DNA of 64,000 nt from Spirogloea muscicola (Eukaryota). Every line of letters begins with the position of its first letter. Position 1 is the stretch's first letter. Location: the NCBI GenBank assembly GCA_009602725.1, contig WELB01000006.1, positions 812,460 to 876,459 of the forward strand, given 5' to 3'. A program made the position numbers and the translations under genes. Under the pieces are notes generated by a model. That model was given only the letters and a program-made list of their open reading frames with translations. It was not told the origin of the DNA and ran no database searches. Below, one piece after another: positions 40,901 through 54,540 of this stretch.

Positions 40901-42916
40901 GTGGCACTTCTGTAGCCCTTGGAACAAGGCGCATTGGTCAGACGCCCTCACAGATTGACAGCTAGTGCTTTCCTTGCAGACTAAGGAGGTATATATTGTG
41001 TGGTCATCTGGCAGCAATGTCTCGACGCAGCCGCTTTTGCTCTCACAAGATGGCCTCGGCGCACTAAAGTCAGCAAAGGTTGACCTCCGGGACGGGGAGG
41101 AGCACACACGACGCCGCAGCCTCTGGGCTGTAAGAACAAGATCTCTCTGGTGCTGAGTGATTTGCAATATAGCTTGCCTGTGTGATGCTGTGACAGAGAT
41201 GAGGAAGTCACATTCTTCCAAGAGTTAATGCCTGTACATAAGAGCTATTAATGCTTTGCCTCTAGATGCTTTCCCTGACAGCTCCTGCTTTAAGCTGCTG
41301 TGATGAGTGGCAGATTAGAATATACAGGGTCACCTTAGTCTCTGCTCAGGAAAAAGATAGTTCTCACCTGTCACTTGAGTGCTGTCTCTGAGCTAGCTTC
41401 ACTATCAGCATGGAGCGTGATATATGCGTCCAGATCTTTTGCAGGCTCATGGAGTTGTGAATGTGGTTGGCTGGGGTGTGCTGCTTCCGCTTGGCGCGTG
41501 GTGCGGGCGCTTTCTGCCGCGATCAACGCCAGTGTGGCTACTTGTCCACGCTGTCATGCAGACGACAGGGTATCTTGTCGGTGTTGCCGGCTTTGTGATT
41601 GGCGTCATCATATGGAGGACGAATCACAACAAGGCCCACAACACTCACTTTGCTCTGGCCTTAGTGTTACTCTTTCTGGCCACCATGCAGGTGATAGTTG
41701 TGGACCCCTCGCTTGACCTTGAGCGCATTAAGTTATTCTGAGCAAAGTGTCACATCTATGTAGCTATCCAGCCACTGCTCTAGCTGCTCATGATTTCACG
41801 TTGCAGGTCTTGGCAGCTCTGCTCAGACCCAAGAAGGGCCACAGATTCAGGCCAAAGTGGCACCTACTCCACGCCTTTGGAGGGCTCGTCATCCTTTTAC
41901 TGGCAGCCGTCCAAATATTCATTGGCCTCCGCATCTCCTACAGTGAGGTGGCATACACCGTCGCCTACGGCGTCTGGTTGGGCTCTGTGGGCACTGGAGC
42001 TGTGGTGTTAGAGCTATTGAGAAGGTGCGGAGGCAGCCTGTATGCAACAAATAACCCTGGCAAAGCTCTGGAACGGAAGCCCATGGAGATGGAGAAAAGT
42101 GGATCAGCAAGGGTAGCGGAGGGGGGTGAGTTATCAGGTCACAGCAGAGCTTCGGCAATGCGCTTGTCACTCTCGACGGAGGAGTCAGAGCGGCCAGACC
42201 TGACGGGCGCGGACGTGCCCGTGGCCACCGCCTGGGCCCGGGAGCTGCTTCACGCGGACGACAGGGCGAGGGAGAGAGCCAGAGCCGAGGGCCGGAGACA
42301 GGGCGGTGACCTGCGAGGCTCTACTGCAACGCCGCCGTCCTCCCGGGAGATGCTGCCGACGGCGGCCCCAGGCAGCAGGGCGGAGACAAGGGGTGTCGAT
42401 GGCGGCGGCAAAGGCCTCTTCCTGCGGATCGAGAAAGGCAACGAGGTGGTGGATCGTCGGTCTGGCGAGCTGACAGAGGACTCAGCAGCCCGTGGCGGCA
42501 ATACCACTTCCTTCTCAGCGCAGGCGCCTGCTGCAGCGTCTTCGCTGCCTTCTGGCTCCGCGGCAAGGCCGCCCAGCCCACGGCCGCCGAAGCCCAGGCC
42601 CAGTCCAAGGCTTGCTACAGCAGCTGGCAAGATGCTGCCTGCGAGGCAGGCTGGGAGTATGGTTATTGGGGTGCTGCATCCAAGTGCCAGCTTGCAAGGG
42701 CAGCCGCACATCAGGGTGGACAAGTATAACGTGAAGGCTACTGTGATGCGGAGGCCCGACTTTCTTGGGCTGCGGAGACATTTTCCCACAGTTGATTCCA
42801 AAGAAGCCTCGGGCAATAATCTGGTGCGAGCAGCCGCTCCGCAGCCGCTTGCAACGAGGTCGAATAATGTTCCGGTGGATATTCCTCGCATTACAGAGGG
42901 CAGCACTGGTGCTTGA
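37921..42916 (+). CDS. DM13, DOMON (probably two) and cytochrome b561 domain protein (At5g54830-like); multi-exon
   Basis: Signal peptide; DM13 VLDDCNFVLSNF...LTWDNVAAIHVWC; DOMON PQFDNC...FGLEA..WLGFGFS..DVAITG..GVCPD; b561 His motifs AHG..VGWGVLLPLG, HAVMQ, HFALAL and RPKK...WHLLH; long low-complexity C-terminal tail. Confidence 0.9.
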
Positions 42917-43501
42917 GTTTGCATGACTGTAGTTGCAAATTCAATCAGTATACACCTTGTGTGAAGCAAAGCTCATGCTTCACCAAATAGCCTCACCACA
43001 ATTGACATGTATAGACAATGATGAGGTGTCCCTGCTGGAGCAATGGTGTCCATGTGCACACATTCACAACGATGAGCGTTGGACCATCTTAGAGGTGCCA
43101 CACTCATGAAGCAGTCACCTTTTTGACGTGCATGTCAGGAAGTAAGGTAAGGCAGTCTGACGTCATCGCATTTATGACCCTCTGAACTCGGTTGACCAGT
43201 ATTGAGTAACTCAAGGAAATGCATCGCATATCAATCTTAAGAAGACTTCAATGGAACATGCTTTGCTACAACAAGCACGCTGTTGTCACATCGCATCAGT
43301 ATCGCAAATTGGGGTGATATGAAAGTCGGACTTGAGTCACAGAAAAGGCTATGGAAGTTGGACTCAGGGCCCCAGGACTCCTGGCCTGATCTCAATGAGT
43401 ATGTACAGCAAACGACACTCAAACTTTATGACATTAGCTACGATAGCTACAATAGCTGTCTTGCATGACAAATTTTGAGCACCACTCCGTGGAGCAGCGC
43501 C

Positions 43502-46500
43502 TCACTTTGAGCGTCCTACGAGTATTTCCCACAATATCCTGAGCCTCACGACCTGTTCTTTGAGCGCCTCCTCTTCAGCAGCTTTTGCATGCTGTCACAT
43601 TTCAACAACATTCAATAACCACATCATCTAGTGTTATAAGTGCATCGATTGAAGCTTCAGAACGAGCGGGGAGCTGTATAGGAACCTAGCTTACAGTAAT
43701 GCTAGCAATCACGTATACCTCTTCCAATGCCTGCAGTGCAGCCTCAAATTTTTGCTCCTGTGATTGCAAATACTTCTCAAGTGGCTTCTGCTGGACTAAC
43801 CACACCATGCACGTCGCTTGACCTGCCAAGGCAAAACGGCATGGATAAGAAAAGGAAAGCTATCAAGACTATTTAGGTATCCCCATCTGTACATGGTGGA
43901 CACTGAAGGATGAGGGCAAGAGCAAAAACGTGCACACAGCTCGCAGGAGGTCAGTGTAATTCACATGCTTGAAGGGAGGAGTGAGGACCTGCCGGAGATA
44001 CTGTCTGGGCAAGGCATGCGAGCATTGGGGCAAGCAGGCTTGGAAATGTGGTCAGCAGAGCTAGGCAAGGCCGCAGCAACCGATGCCTGCCATGCTTGTC
44101 CTTCGTGTCAATGTCTGCCCCCTGTAGCAGACACACTTAGCATCTCCGTGAGCCAATTGAAGCTCCCCAAAAGGCTCCACCCAAGTCAAATTAGAGCAGT
44201 CATCAGATTGTGATGAAAAGTGCACTGGCCCACCTGAAAGACAGAAGCGCAGAAGCTGGTCAAGGTAGGCAGGAGTGAATCCAAAAGGGCCGCCGGAAGA
44301 GATCCTGTTGCCAGCCTGTTGGACCCCTTGGCGGCTCGCCACGATATAGCTGCTAGTGCTCGCAGCATGGCATACTTGCCTTTCAGCGTTGAAGTACTCA
44401 TCTGTGGAAGCCAGGGAAAAAGGTCAAGGTAGACAGACGATGGTGTCAGCAACAAGTACCACCGGTATACAACTCCAAGGGGTTGCAGTAACACCAGACC
44501 CTGTCAAGCAGCTCTCCTTATCCTTGACCCTGCAACTCTGGCGCAGACAGAATCATTGAATACTATGCTATGCATTACTGACTGCTCAAATTCAAATCAG
44601 AGCTGGATTAATGTTCACACCAGCTCCTTGGAGAGTGCAGGCGTCAGGAGCTCGACCAGAAGCTGATCATCTCCAACGTGCACTAACGAGGAACACGCTG
44701 CCTCTACCACGGCCATCCATTTCTTCTCCTCCCTTGTTCCATCAAACATCGCCCACTTTTGCAACTCCTCCTCCATCGGACTGACGCCTTTGCATGGGGT
44801 TGTACAACACACTTTGCTTCCTTCAATCGCTTTGTCACTTTGGTCTTTATTTCTGCCGAATGCAGCAGGTTCTTCTCTGTCTGAAGCAGCACAATGGAAG
44901 AGCATATGTAAGGTAGACATGGAGAAAAGAATGAGCTCATCCAAGTCAACCAGGTTGAAAAGATGGGGGCGGATTGCAGCTCAACCTGGCCTCCGATCTA
45001 GAAGGAGCGTAAGAATGAAGCTGAGATGGAGTGCCGGCCCAAGCCTGTCTTGACAGAAGCTTCTGTGAACAACCTCTGTAATCCTAATAGTTGTGACTGC
45101 AGCCACATCCTCACCTATAAAACCCCAAGAATATTGTGAATATGAATCTGTTGGGCCATGGCCTTGACCAAATAAAGGTAAACATTCTATCTCAAAGGTC
45201 TACTGCTTGGCAACCTTAAAAGTCTGTGGCTATTAGTGTGTTGCGTCTTTCTCAGCACATAATGAAATCAATCCTTGATTGCAGAGTATGCTGCTGTGTG
45301 TCTCAGCCATATAAGGAGCATACAGAGGGCACAATGTGCTAAAGCTCGGAGTAGCGGCTGCTGGAGGCTGGGGAAGAAGTGGATGCAGCTGAGTGCCAGG
45401 GCTTGGCAGTTTTCGGGCAGCTTGATGAACGGCCCCAACCTTGCTCTGCCTGCCAGGCACAGTGAGCAAGCCTGCAGCAATGAGCCTGCACTCAAAGCAT
45501 GCTCAATGTTTGAGCAGAACACCAACTGTCCAGCTTATCCTATTGGGCTGACCTTGCACAAAGGTCCCAAAGAAGGGGACAAGGGAAGACTGCAGTGAGG
45601 TGAAGCTCGATGCCAGGGGGGAGTGATCCGAAGCTGAGCGGCCCAGGTGAAACAGCAGCCGGAGCACCATCTGAGCATGACATGAGAGCAGTGACAGCAT
45701 CGTGATACTTGCTTCTTATGCTGCCCTCAACGGACACGCGTGGTGGCATGCCTTGCAGATGGCAAGAGAGGTAGCTAGGCTGCTCTCTTTGTCAAGACAA
45801 GCCGAAGCCCTCTTCCAATGAATGGGTGCTAATCCTGTGAGAGTACCAACCTCTGAAGTTGATGAGTGCAAGTCCTTCAAATCCCACAGGAGTCGAGGCA
45901 ATGATTGCATCCATCTCCTGAGCATTTCAGTGGGCACCTTGATGGCTGGCTCCTGTTCAAGCAATTGTTGCACACAATCTGATGAGCTCTGGCCCTTACG
46001 AGGGCAGATACAACCAAGTGCACCTGCCAACTCCTGCATTGCATAGTGGTCCTTGCTGGCAACAATATGATGAGCACCTTAGTTGCCCTTCTGGCCTCTA
46101 GCTCTAACTTGTTTTGTCTGATGTATATACGTCATGTCAACCAAGGGCAGGGTGCAGAAAGTATGCACTAATTGCAGTGCCTACCTGCATGAGGATGCAG
46201 CGCATGGTCAACAAGCACGCCCGTCTTGTGGCGCTGCTTGGCCGAGACGCCTCATAAACAGCCGTAAATGCCTGGAGAGACAAGCCAGTTCCATCAGCAC
46301 TGGCTCCTGAGTGATCCAGGCTTCTGAACTTGATATTCAATATGAAGAGTGCTTCGTGCGCAAGAAGTCCATGACTGGGAGGAGCACAACAACCCTGGAC
46401 TTGCACTCGAGCACAAGAGAATGGCAAGGAGCATGAGGTGCCATGTCCACTCAATGTTTTTGGAAGCTTAGCTACTGTGTATGTTGACACTGCAGTTTCT

Positions 46501-49500
46501 GACACAGCAAGTGTACCGGGATGGACAACCTCCAGAAGCTTCAACCCCTGGGAGGCTGAAGCGTGGGACAGAAACCTTGGAAAGCACGGCAGGAGGGCTC
46601 TCCAATGGTGGTCGCCTGAGTGCGCCTCCTCCACCGCTTGTGCCAGTCCTTTGGAAGGCATCATCTGAAGGAAGAGACAGGAAAAGAAATCCTAAGTACT
46701 CTACCGCTTGTGACATGACGGGCAACTTAGACAAGGTGGCCAATACCTCGAGAAGCTTTGATGGGTATAGGAACATACTGCAGAACGTCGTAACATCCTG
46801 AGGTGCTCATCTCTTCTTGCGTGGCCATGCAGAAAATTCATGTCATATGCAAAGGCTGCTTTCCTTTCAGAGTGCAGCAATAAACCAGACAGGTAGGAGA
46901 TTGGGGGGCATGTCAGGGCGAGTGGCCATACCGTGCCCTGCAGTGCAGCTTGATAATAGTCCATCAGTCTTTGGTGCCACGCTTGCGGTCCATTGTCTCT
47001 ATCCCTGCCGAACGCCAGAAAGGGCTCCATGACCTCACATATTCTGATGTTTATCCTTATGATGTCCTCCTGAACCTGAGTAGCAGCAAGGAGCGTAGAT
47101 TGAATATTTCCAGTTGTACACACGTAGCCACTATGCCAAGTACAGTCCAGTGTGGAGTTGCAACCATGCTGAGGATGGAAGACCTGGTGACATCATCATG
47201 TGCACACTCTGCTAATGATGTCCCAATATGGCTGTGTCTAATTTAGCGAGAGAAGAGAGTAGGCTTGAGGTAGCTCATCAGCAGGTTTCTCTGCAGACAA
47301 TCACAGGCAGATTGCCTACACTCACAACAGCTTATTGAAAGACGGGTTTTATAACCCAGAGATGCCTACCTTCAGAAGAACAGCTTCAGATGGGCAAGCA
47401 ATGGGGAAAGCAGGCAGCAGGCGTTGCAGAAGCATGGGAAGGAAATGCTCCTCTAGGTCCGCTCCATGGGCCTCCAGCTTATGGCCCAAGGCCACCTCGT
47501 CGATCTTGCCAGTGGAGCTTCGGCGACGAAGCTGGGCAGGCTCTCCTGCCACCAACGCCAAACTGCCGCTACTGGACGGCAAGAGCAGAAACTGCAAAGC
47601 TTGTACTGCTAGCAGCATGCACCGAAGAGCTAGCTCCTCCGGTGCAGACATGCTCGCTGACTCCTGTGCAAGCTCCTGCCACGTGGCGAGGACTGCTGAG
47701 ACGAGCGTTGACGCTGTGGCCATGTGACGCTCCTCTGTCACAAATTTCAGGCAGAGTGTCTCTGGCTTCAGCTTGGTCAGATCTTCACATGTCCAGCAGA
47801 TATGTCACAAAAATGGTGTACTAGCAACAATCACAGAGTAGAAGTGGTCATTCCCAGGAGGCTGTCTGCCCAATGCTAGAGCGGACCATTATATTGCCTC
47901 CAGGTACTGACCTGAACGCATTTTCCCTTCCAGACTGCGTCCAGAAATCGCATCACCTTCTACAGGGGCTGCTGCAATAGAGCAAGGAAGCAGCAATCAC
48001 CTGCTGCAGGCCTTTGAAGTGCAGTCTCGTTTGCATATCAAAAGGTGGGTTTCAAACTAAGTAGACTGTCGCAATGTAGAGGAGTGAGCCACACCGTCAG
48101 CCTCCGGCTGGCAGATTGACGGTGCTATCAAAGATGGAGGGTGAAGGCTGTTGTACGCATGCAGCGACGAGGGATCGCTGGCTTCCTGCCACAATCACAG
48201 AGCATGACCAGCATGAGCAACAAGCTGTTGAGAACGACTGTGATGCTAGTCAAGCTAGTCGCTCGACTAGCATCGACTAGTCTTGAAAGAAGCTCTTTCA
48301 AGAAGGCGAAACACCATGCACCCCAATCACCGGACCACACCGAGGTTCTACCACAAGGCCCGGCATGAGACAAACCTGCTGGCCAACACCAAAACGGCCG
48401 CCCCAGTGGTGCTCCCGGGCAGCGATGACGGGCCTCGTCTGGGCATGATACAAAGCGCGCGTGGCTGCCAAGAAGCGCACCAGGCTCTCCAGGAGCTGTA
48501 AGCGGCTGGTCAGAATGTGTTCCTCCTTGAGCAGCTCCTCATAGCATCCCAAGACCTGACAAAATTCACGCAACTGCATTAGAAGTTGCGTGATTCCTCT
48601 GTGAAAGGCTAGAGACAGGCCGCTGAAGTGGGTGAGATGACAGCATGATGCAGCTTGTGCAAGAACGACTACAATGCACATACACATTTCTTACATGTGT
48701 TTACTGTCACTGACAATGTCAAGCTTGCATGCCAAGTCAGTGCGCTTGACTTCCTCTGATACTACCAATTCCGCTAGTCCAGAGGCTAGAGACAGTCCGA
48801 GCCAGCTGGCAGATCTGCAAACCTGGTCACAAAATGACGGCGGCAGGAGGGATGGATAGAAGCGGACAAGCAGGTCTAGGTAGCTGAGCGCAGAGCTCCT
48901 GACTGACGGCTGCAGGTGGGTCAGCGCACTGCGAACGTGGACCGTCATCATGCCGGCAAATGGCGCCATCGCTGTCTGCCCGTCATCCAACAGCCAGCAC
49001 AGCATTCGCGATGCCTCAGTGGACCGCGAGCTCACAGCAGGCTGGCCATGACACACCCTTTTCAAAGTGCGACGCACTGACTGAGGCCGTATCAATGTGC
49101 AGCATCCCAGGATGGTCGCAAACAAGGCCTCGGCCCTCCAGACCGCCGCTACCGAGAGCAGCCAAGGAGCAGAGGGTGATGCCACAGCTCCCTGGTGTCT
49201 ACATCAGGTTTGGCACTTTCTGATGAGCTAGTGCCATGCACCTCAGTGCTACTCCCCACACTCACCACCGGCAAGTTTGGGAAGACGGTGCCCTTGAGCA
49301 GCAGTGCAAGGGCGTCTCGCACTTTCCTCTCGGAGTCCAGCATGCGCAGCACGAGCTTGCTGAGGACCACGCCCGCGTGCATCGCGAGCTCGCGCGGGTG
49401 CTTGCGGAGCAGGTCCTGCAGGCCTGCCAGGGCCCCTGGATGGCCGATAGAGCAACGCATCGAGCCAGACATGGTTCGGCAGGAGTCAGCTGCCGCAGTA

Positions 49501-49952
49501 TCGGCAAACCGCAGCTTGCGGCTGTGCTCTGCCTCCAGAGGCCAATTGCCACTGGGCAAGGGGCCCCATTACTGACCGCGCGGCAGGCCAAGGGGCGGGG
49601 AAGGACCTGCACGGACGCGGGGGCTGAAGTGCGCGCTCTGGGCCAGCAGCTCGCGCAGCGTCTGCCGACGAGCGCTCACCACCTCGCCGGCCCGGTCCGC
49701 CGCCACGCTCTGGCTGGGCAGCACCAGGGCTGCCGCAGCGAGGAGGGCACAGGGGCAGGCGGTGACTCTGCTGCCAGGGCCGGCTGCAGGGCCCGCCCAC
49801 TGCAGCGCGAGCGAGGGGTGGCGGCGACGAGGCGTGAGCCAGCTTCAGGACGATGGGACGGCCGCGGCCATTGACGGACCTCTGGTCTTCACGGCCGTCC
49901 GCGTGGAGTTGGCCGGCGGCGCCAGCTTCCGCCCGACCTTGCGCTTGACGCG
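43502..49952 (-). CDS. TEX10: TEX10/Ipi1 (Rix1 complex, pre-60S biogenesis); multi-exon, 5' end incomplete
   Basis: RVKRKVGRKLAPPANSTRTAVKTR|ALVLPSQSV..LRELLAQSAHFSPRVR|ALAGLQDLL..HP; MAPF..MMTVHVRSALTHLQPSVRSSALSYLDLLV..YP (Ipi1_N). The last exons join in phase to the stop at 43502. The first exon is unresolved near the single N at 50043. Confidence 0.88.
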
Positions 49953-50199
49953 CTGCAAGCGAGCGGCGGGCCGCGAGCAGGCAGGCGCGGCGCGTCAGGG
50001 GCGGAGGGGGAGCGCGCGCCGCGGCCATGGCGGCCGGCCGGGNGGTCCCGTGGGCCGCCGCGCGCCCGCGCCGGGAACCCCAAACCCCGCACCCCGCTCT
50101 CCCCAGCCTCGCTCGGCCGGCCGCGCCTGCTCGGGCAGTCACTCCGGCTTGCAGGCTGCTGAACCCGGGGACTCACTGACCTTTCATCCGCCTTCGTCT

Positions 50200-50420
50200 C
50201 TTGCACAGCTAGTTTCGCGGCAGCTAGTCTGCCAGGTTTTAGGGTCCTCACTCGTAGCAACTGAGTGGTCCACCCTCCACCCGTCCTGACATAGCATCTT
50301 CAGGCCCCCATCCGTCATTGTGGCTTTAGGCCCCTCCGCCATGCGACTCCTTCCAACCTTGGTCAATTCCTTTCGGGCTGGCTTCTCACAGCCCTTGCCC
50401 CCCTTGAGAGAGCCACTTCT
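50200..50420 (+). mobile_element. Subfamily B 3' end upstream of TEX10
   Basis: ggcagctagtctg...ctcactcgtagcaactgagtggtcc...gggctggcttctcacagcccttgccc...gagagccacttctt. Confidence 0.8.
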
Positions 50421-50883
50421 TGTTTTTCACTTCTTGTCCACTCCGGACTCCGACTTGTTCAACACCCGTGACACCACCCGGTCGGCTGGGCTGTGGGCTG
50501 TGGCTACCGCTCGGAGGGGGCCACCGGTCCACCGTCAAAGGCCAGGCTATGGCCACTGCACGCCGCGCTGGCTCCTGATCACATCAGCATTCAGCGCATG
50601 CAGGACTGCAAAACAAGCCCAGTGCAGTCCACACAATGCTCGCGTCCCAGTGTGAGATGCTGCCACAACCGTCCCGCGCAATCCTGCAGCATCGGCAAAT
50701 CTGCAGCATTGGCTTGTACTCACTACCACTAGCTGCGTCTTGCTCAGTGTTCTGCTATGGTGCTATCAGCTTTCTCATCCCACGTGCTTATGGCACACAT
50801 CTATCTAGAGACCTATTGCTGGCACAGTCTGAGGTTTTCCAGACTTGAGAGAAAAGGCCATGGAGTTGGTCAGTAGCGCCCAC

Positions 50884-53800
50884 TTAGGTGAACTTGACAG
50901 GGAAGTCGATGTACGTGGGCTTCTTGCGGAGCTTGGTAGCCTGCTCAAAGGCGTATGCGGCCTCGATCAGCGTGGGCTCCGTGCACGCGCCGGCCATGAA
51001 GGTGAGGCCGAATGGCTGGCCTGACGGAGTGTACCCGGCAGGGATGCTGATGGCAGGATACCTGGACCAGGTATTGCACCAAGTCAGGCTCGGGCATGTA
51101 GTCATGTTTCCATGTGGTTGCTGCTTAATACCGAGGAAGTTACCACTACTGCAAGCAGCCTTGCTCACCCCTTGAGAGCTGCGACATTGGAGATGGGGCT
51201 GCTGGTGGGCGCCACAAATGCGTCAAGTTTGTACTGCTGGATGACATAGTCCAAACCATTGCTGATGACGAAATCGTCAGCCCGAAGTGAGGCATTGTAC
51301 TTAGGGTCGCTGAAGGACGTGTTCTGAGCAGCCAAAAACCAGTCCTGCAACCCAAACATTTGAGGGGACAAAGGAGCTACATTGGTAAGCATCTGCTTCA
51401 CCTGCTTGCGCCTATGCTGGCCATGAATCATGAAGTGCTTGCCTTATAGAGTTGGAGCACCTACAGGACTCCACCTGCACCACTTATTGTGAGCAAGGGT
51501 TTTGCAAACTCTTAGGCAAGGTCGAATTAGATGGTTACCTGATTCTCCACAACAAGCTCCTGGGCAGCATGTGCAATGTTGAACTTGATGAGGTCGCTGA
51601 ACTCCTTGATGGGAGATGATTTGAGCCCCGCGAGGTAGGCGTTGATGTCGTGCTTCAGCTCGTACACCAGAATGGTCTGTTCCCCAATATCCTGGAAGCC
51701 CGTCACATTCGCAAGGTATGGGAGGTAGCCAATCTCTACAATGGTAGCCCCCAGCTTCCTGCGATGTGTGATTTAGCTTCGCGAGCGTGAGCACCTTTTC
51801 CCCAAAAGGGCTAGATTGAGCACAAATATAGCATGTGATACGCTTGTCCATGTAAAACTTGGAAGGCTGCTGTAGTTGCACTTGCTCAAAGATATACATG
51901 CAGTGGATAGATGGCCTAGCACCAACATGGGCCCCCATAGTTACCTTCTGTGCAGTAGCCACGAGATAAGAAGCAAAGTGGGCTTATCCGCCGCAGAGAT
52001 GGACTCACTGCATGGTTGCGAGGTGAGCAAGGTTGGCATTGGCGATGTATGCTGGGTCCGGCCCACTGTAGTTGGCAGTGAAAATGGATATCTTCTGTCC
52101 GGCAGGGTTGACAAATGACGAGCCCCCAAGGTACATGTTGGATGCATTGAAGAAGTAGTTCTTGAGCACTCCGAGGCGCTTGCCCTTTAGACCGTCTGCT
52201 TTCAGGAACTGCAGCATGTAGTCCAATTTCGGTAGGTAAGCCTTGCTGTGCTGGACAAGCCTCTGCAGATTTCCTCGTTTCTGTAGGGTGCAGCCTTGCC
52301 TGCTTGACATGCTGGCAGTCACTCGGAGCAAGGTCTGCATTTATGGAGCACATGTTGAACAGGGATTGCTTTGCACAGGCAAAGCTACTCCAGCACGCTA
52401 TGCATGAGTGGCCAACCTGGGTGTAGCCTCCCTTGGGGGTCAGCCCGACGCAGCGCTTTGTCTGAGGATCCAAAGGATCAAAGCCTCCCGCAATTACATC
52501 CAGGACCGTTACTGAGTCAGTGAGGGTCCTGCAGATGGGTCTGCAGCAGAAAGACATGAACAAGGCCCCTTGATGTTAGTAAGCCTGGAGGATAATTAAT
52601 AGGAGGTGATGACTACAAATCCTGATCTTTAGAGATGAGACCTTGCACGTCATTCACTCACGGTAGTACTTCAACACTGTGACAAACTTAATGGCTGCTT
52701 AATGAGAACTAGCAGTATGCAAGCAATCAGCAGCAGGAGAGTGTATACCCAACAGTGTCTTGTGTGTGAGAGATGGGAATGACCCCTGCTCGGGAGGTGA
52801 GGCCAACAGTGGGCTTGATTCCAGCTGCAGACTGGAATCCAGAGGGGCAGATGATGCTGCCATCAGTCTCACTGCCCAAGGTCACGGCAGTGAGGGACGC
52901 CGAAACTGATGAGCCGGAGCCTGAGCTGGACCCGCAAGTGTCGAAGAAGTAGCCATAAGGATTCTGGAGGCAAACAAGCAGCAGCATGAGTCTTTCAGCG
53001 GGGGGAGCACACGAATAAATCCCTTGGGTGGTCATAGCCTGAGATGTCCAGATGCTCAGGCGGTTGCAGGAGAGCTTCACTGCAGCTTTGACGCAATAAC
53101 CTCATTGGATCATATGTTAGCATTCAAAGGTTGCAGCTTTAAGGTTGTGTCAGAAATGGCAGAACTGTTCACCCTCGTGAAGCCACCTCGGCCAGACCAC
53201 CCATTGGTGGAGTCTGTTCCACGGAAGTTGGCCCACTCGCTAAGGTTGGCCTTTCCTAAGATGATGGCACCAGCCTTCCGAAGAAGCTTGACCTGGCAAA
53301 GAGAGTGACGGTCATGGACACACTCAGCTGTTATTGTTGGAAATATTTGCCTGGTATAGGTGAGCAGACAGCTTGTAGAGGTTGTGGACTTTGTGACCGT
53401 TTTGGCAGTCGCTGCAAAATAGGAACATATAGTTACTGTGTCTTACGAGAGTGGAGTCTTGCTTTGACACAGCTCCAAGCAGCGCATAGGAGCCGGCAGT
53501 GTTGTTCATCTTGTCAGCGGTTGCAATGTTGTCCTTGAGGATGATAGGGATGCCGTGCATGCCACCTGCACATGTCATCATGGAAACTGTCAGCTGGCCG
53601 CATGTGACAAAGCCGCAGCGTGCCCCATCTCCAGCTGGCCAGCGTGTCTGTACGAGCTTGAAGGAGGTGAAGCAGAGCTCGTTCTGGCCAGAAGGCCTGC
53701 TTTTCTCCCAATCTGACATTGGAGCTGTGCTGGCCGTGCTACATCCTCAAGCAGCACTATCACATGCTTACCTATGAAGCCGCCGGCCTTGGCGCGGGCC

Positions 53801-54048
53801 TTGTCGGCAGCGATGGCCAGCTTCTGGACGTCAGGGTTGACCTCCAGGATGGCGTGCAGGTATGGGTTGAGCTGGCGGATGCGAACGAGGTACAGGTTGA
53901 CCAGATGGTACGTAGTCAGCGATTTGTTCTTGTACGCCGCCTGGATGCTTGCGATGGTGGCTTCCTCGATTTGGAAGAAGGGCGCGGCGTTCGCCGCGAT
54001 GAGGTTGCTGGCCAGAAAGAGCAGCGCGAGGCCGGCGCTCGCCATCAT
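50884..54048 (-). CDS. Amidase-signature family enzyme (At4g34880/peptide-amidase-like) with a signal peptide; multi-exon
   Basis: [21 protein letters not shown] (catalytic Lys); [38 protein letters not shown] (Ser-cisSer); [31 protein letters not shown]. Start is 54048 or 54060. Confidence 0.93.
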
Positions 54049-54540
54049 GGGCGTCCTCATCTGCGGCACTGCGGTACAGCGGGGGCGACGCTGCGATGTC
54101 AGAACGCCTTAAGAAGTGCGGATGCTGGCACCATCAATAAATCAAGCTACTTGCAGCATCATACATTTTGCCTGCACGAAAACATGCACCATGCAGAATG
54201 CTCAGCTCCAGGGGGAGGGCGCTCAGTAGGCGTCTCAAGCGGAAAATTTAGAGAGCATATCTCGAGCAACGAGCTCGTCAGGCACAGCAAGCAGAGCCCG
54301 AAAAAAGCTTCTGCAGCCACAGGACCGCATCTCTGCAGCACCGGCAGCGGAGCAGCTGCCGGTGCTGAGTGGAGGACAAGCAAGAGGTTTCCTCTTACCT
54401 TGGCGAAGCTTGCAGCGCTTGCGGGGGGCGCTCAAGGCCGGAGCTTGAGCGAGCTGGAGCTGGCGGAGCTGCGGGACTGGCGTTTGGGACTGAGCGACCG
54501 ACGCTGAGACTGGGAGTACTGTGGGGGTAGTGGAGGGGGG

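Noticed and set aside
42250..54507. Long antisense ORFs (42250..42969, 49236..49874, 53719..54507 and similar)
   Set aside because: Shadow frames of real GC-rich exons on the opposite strand.
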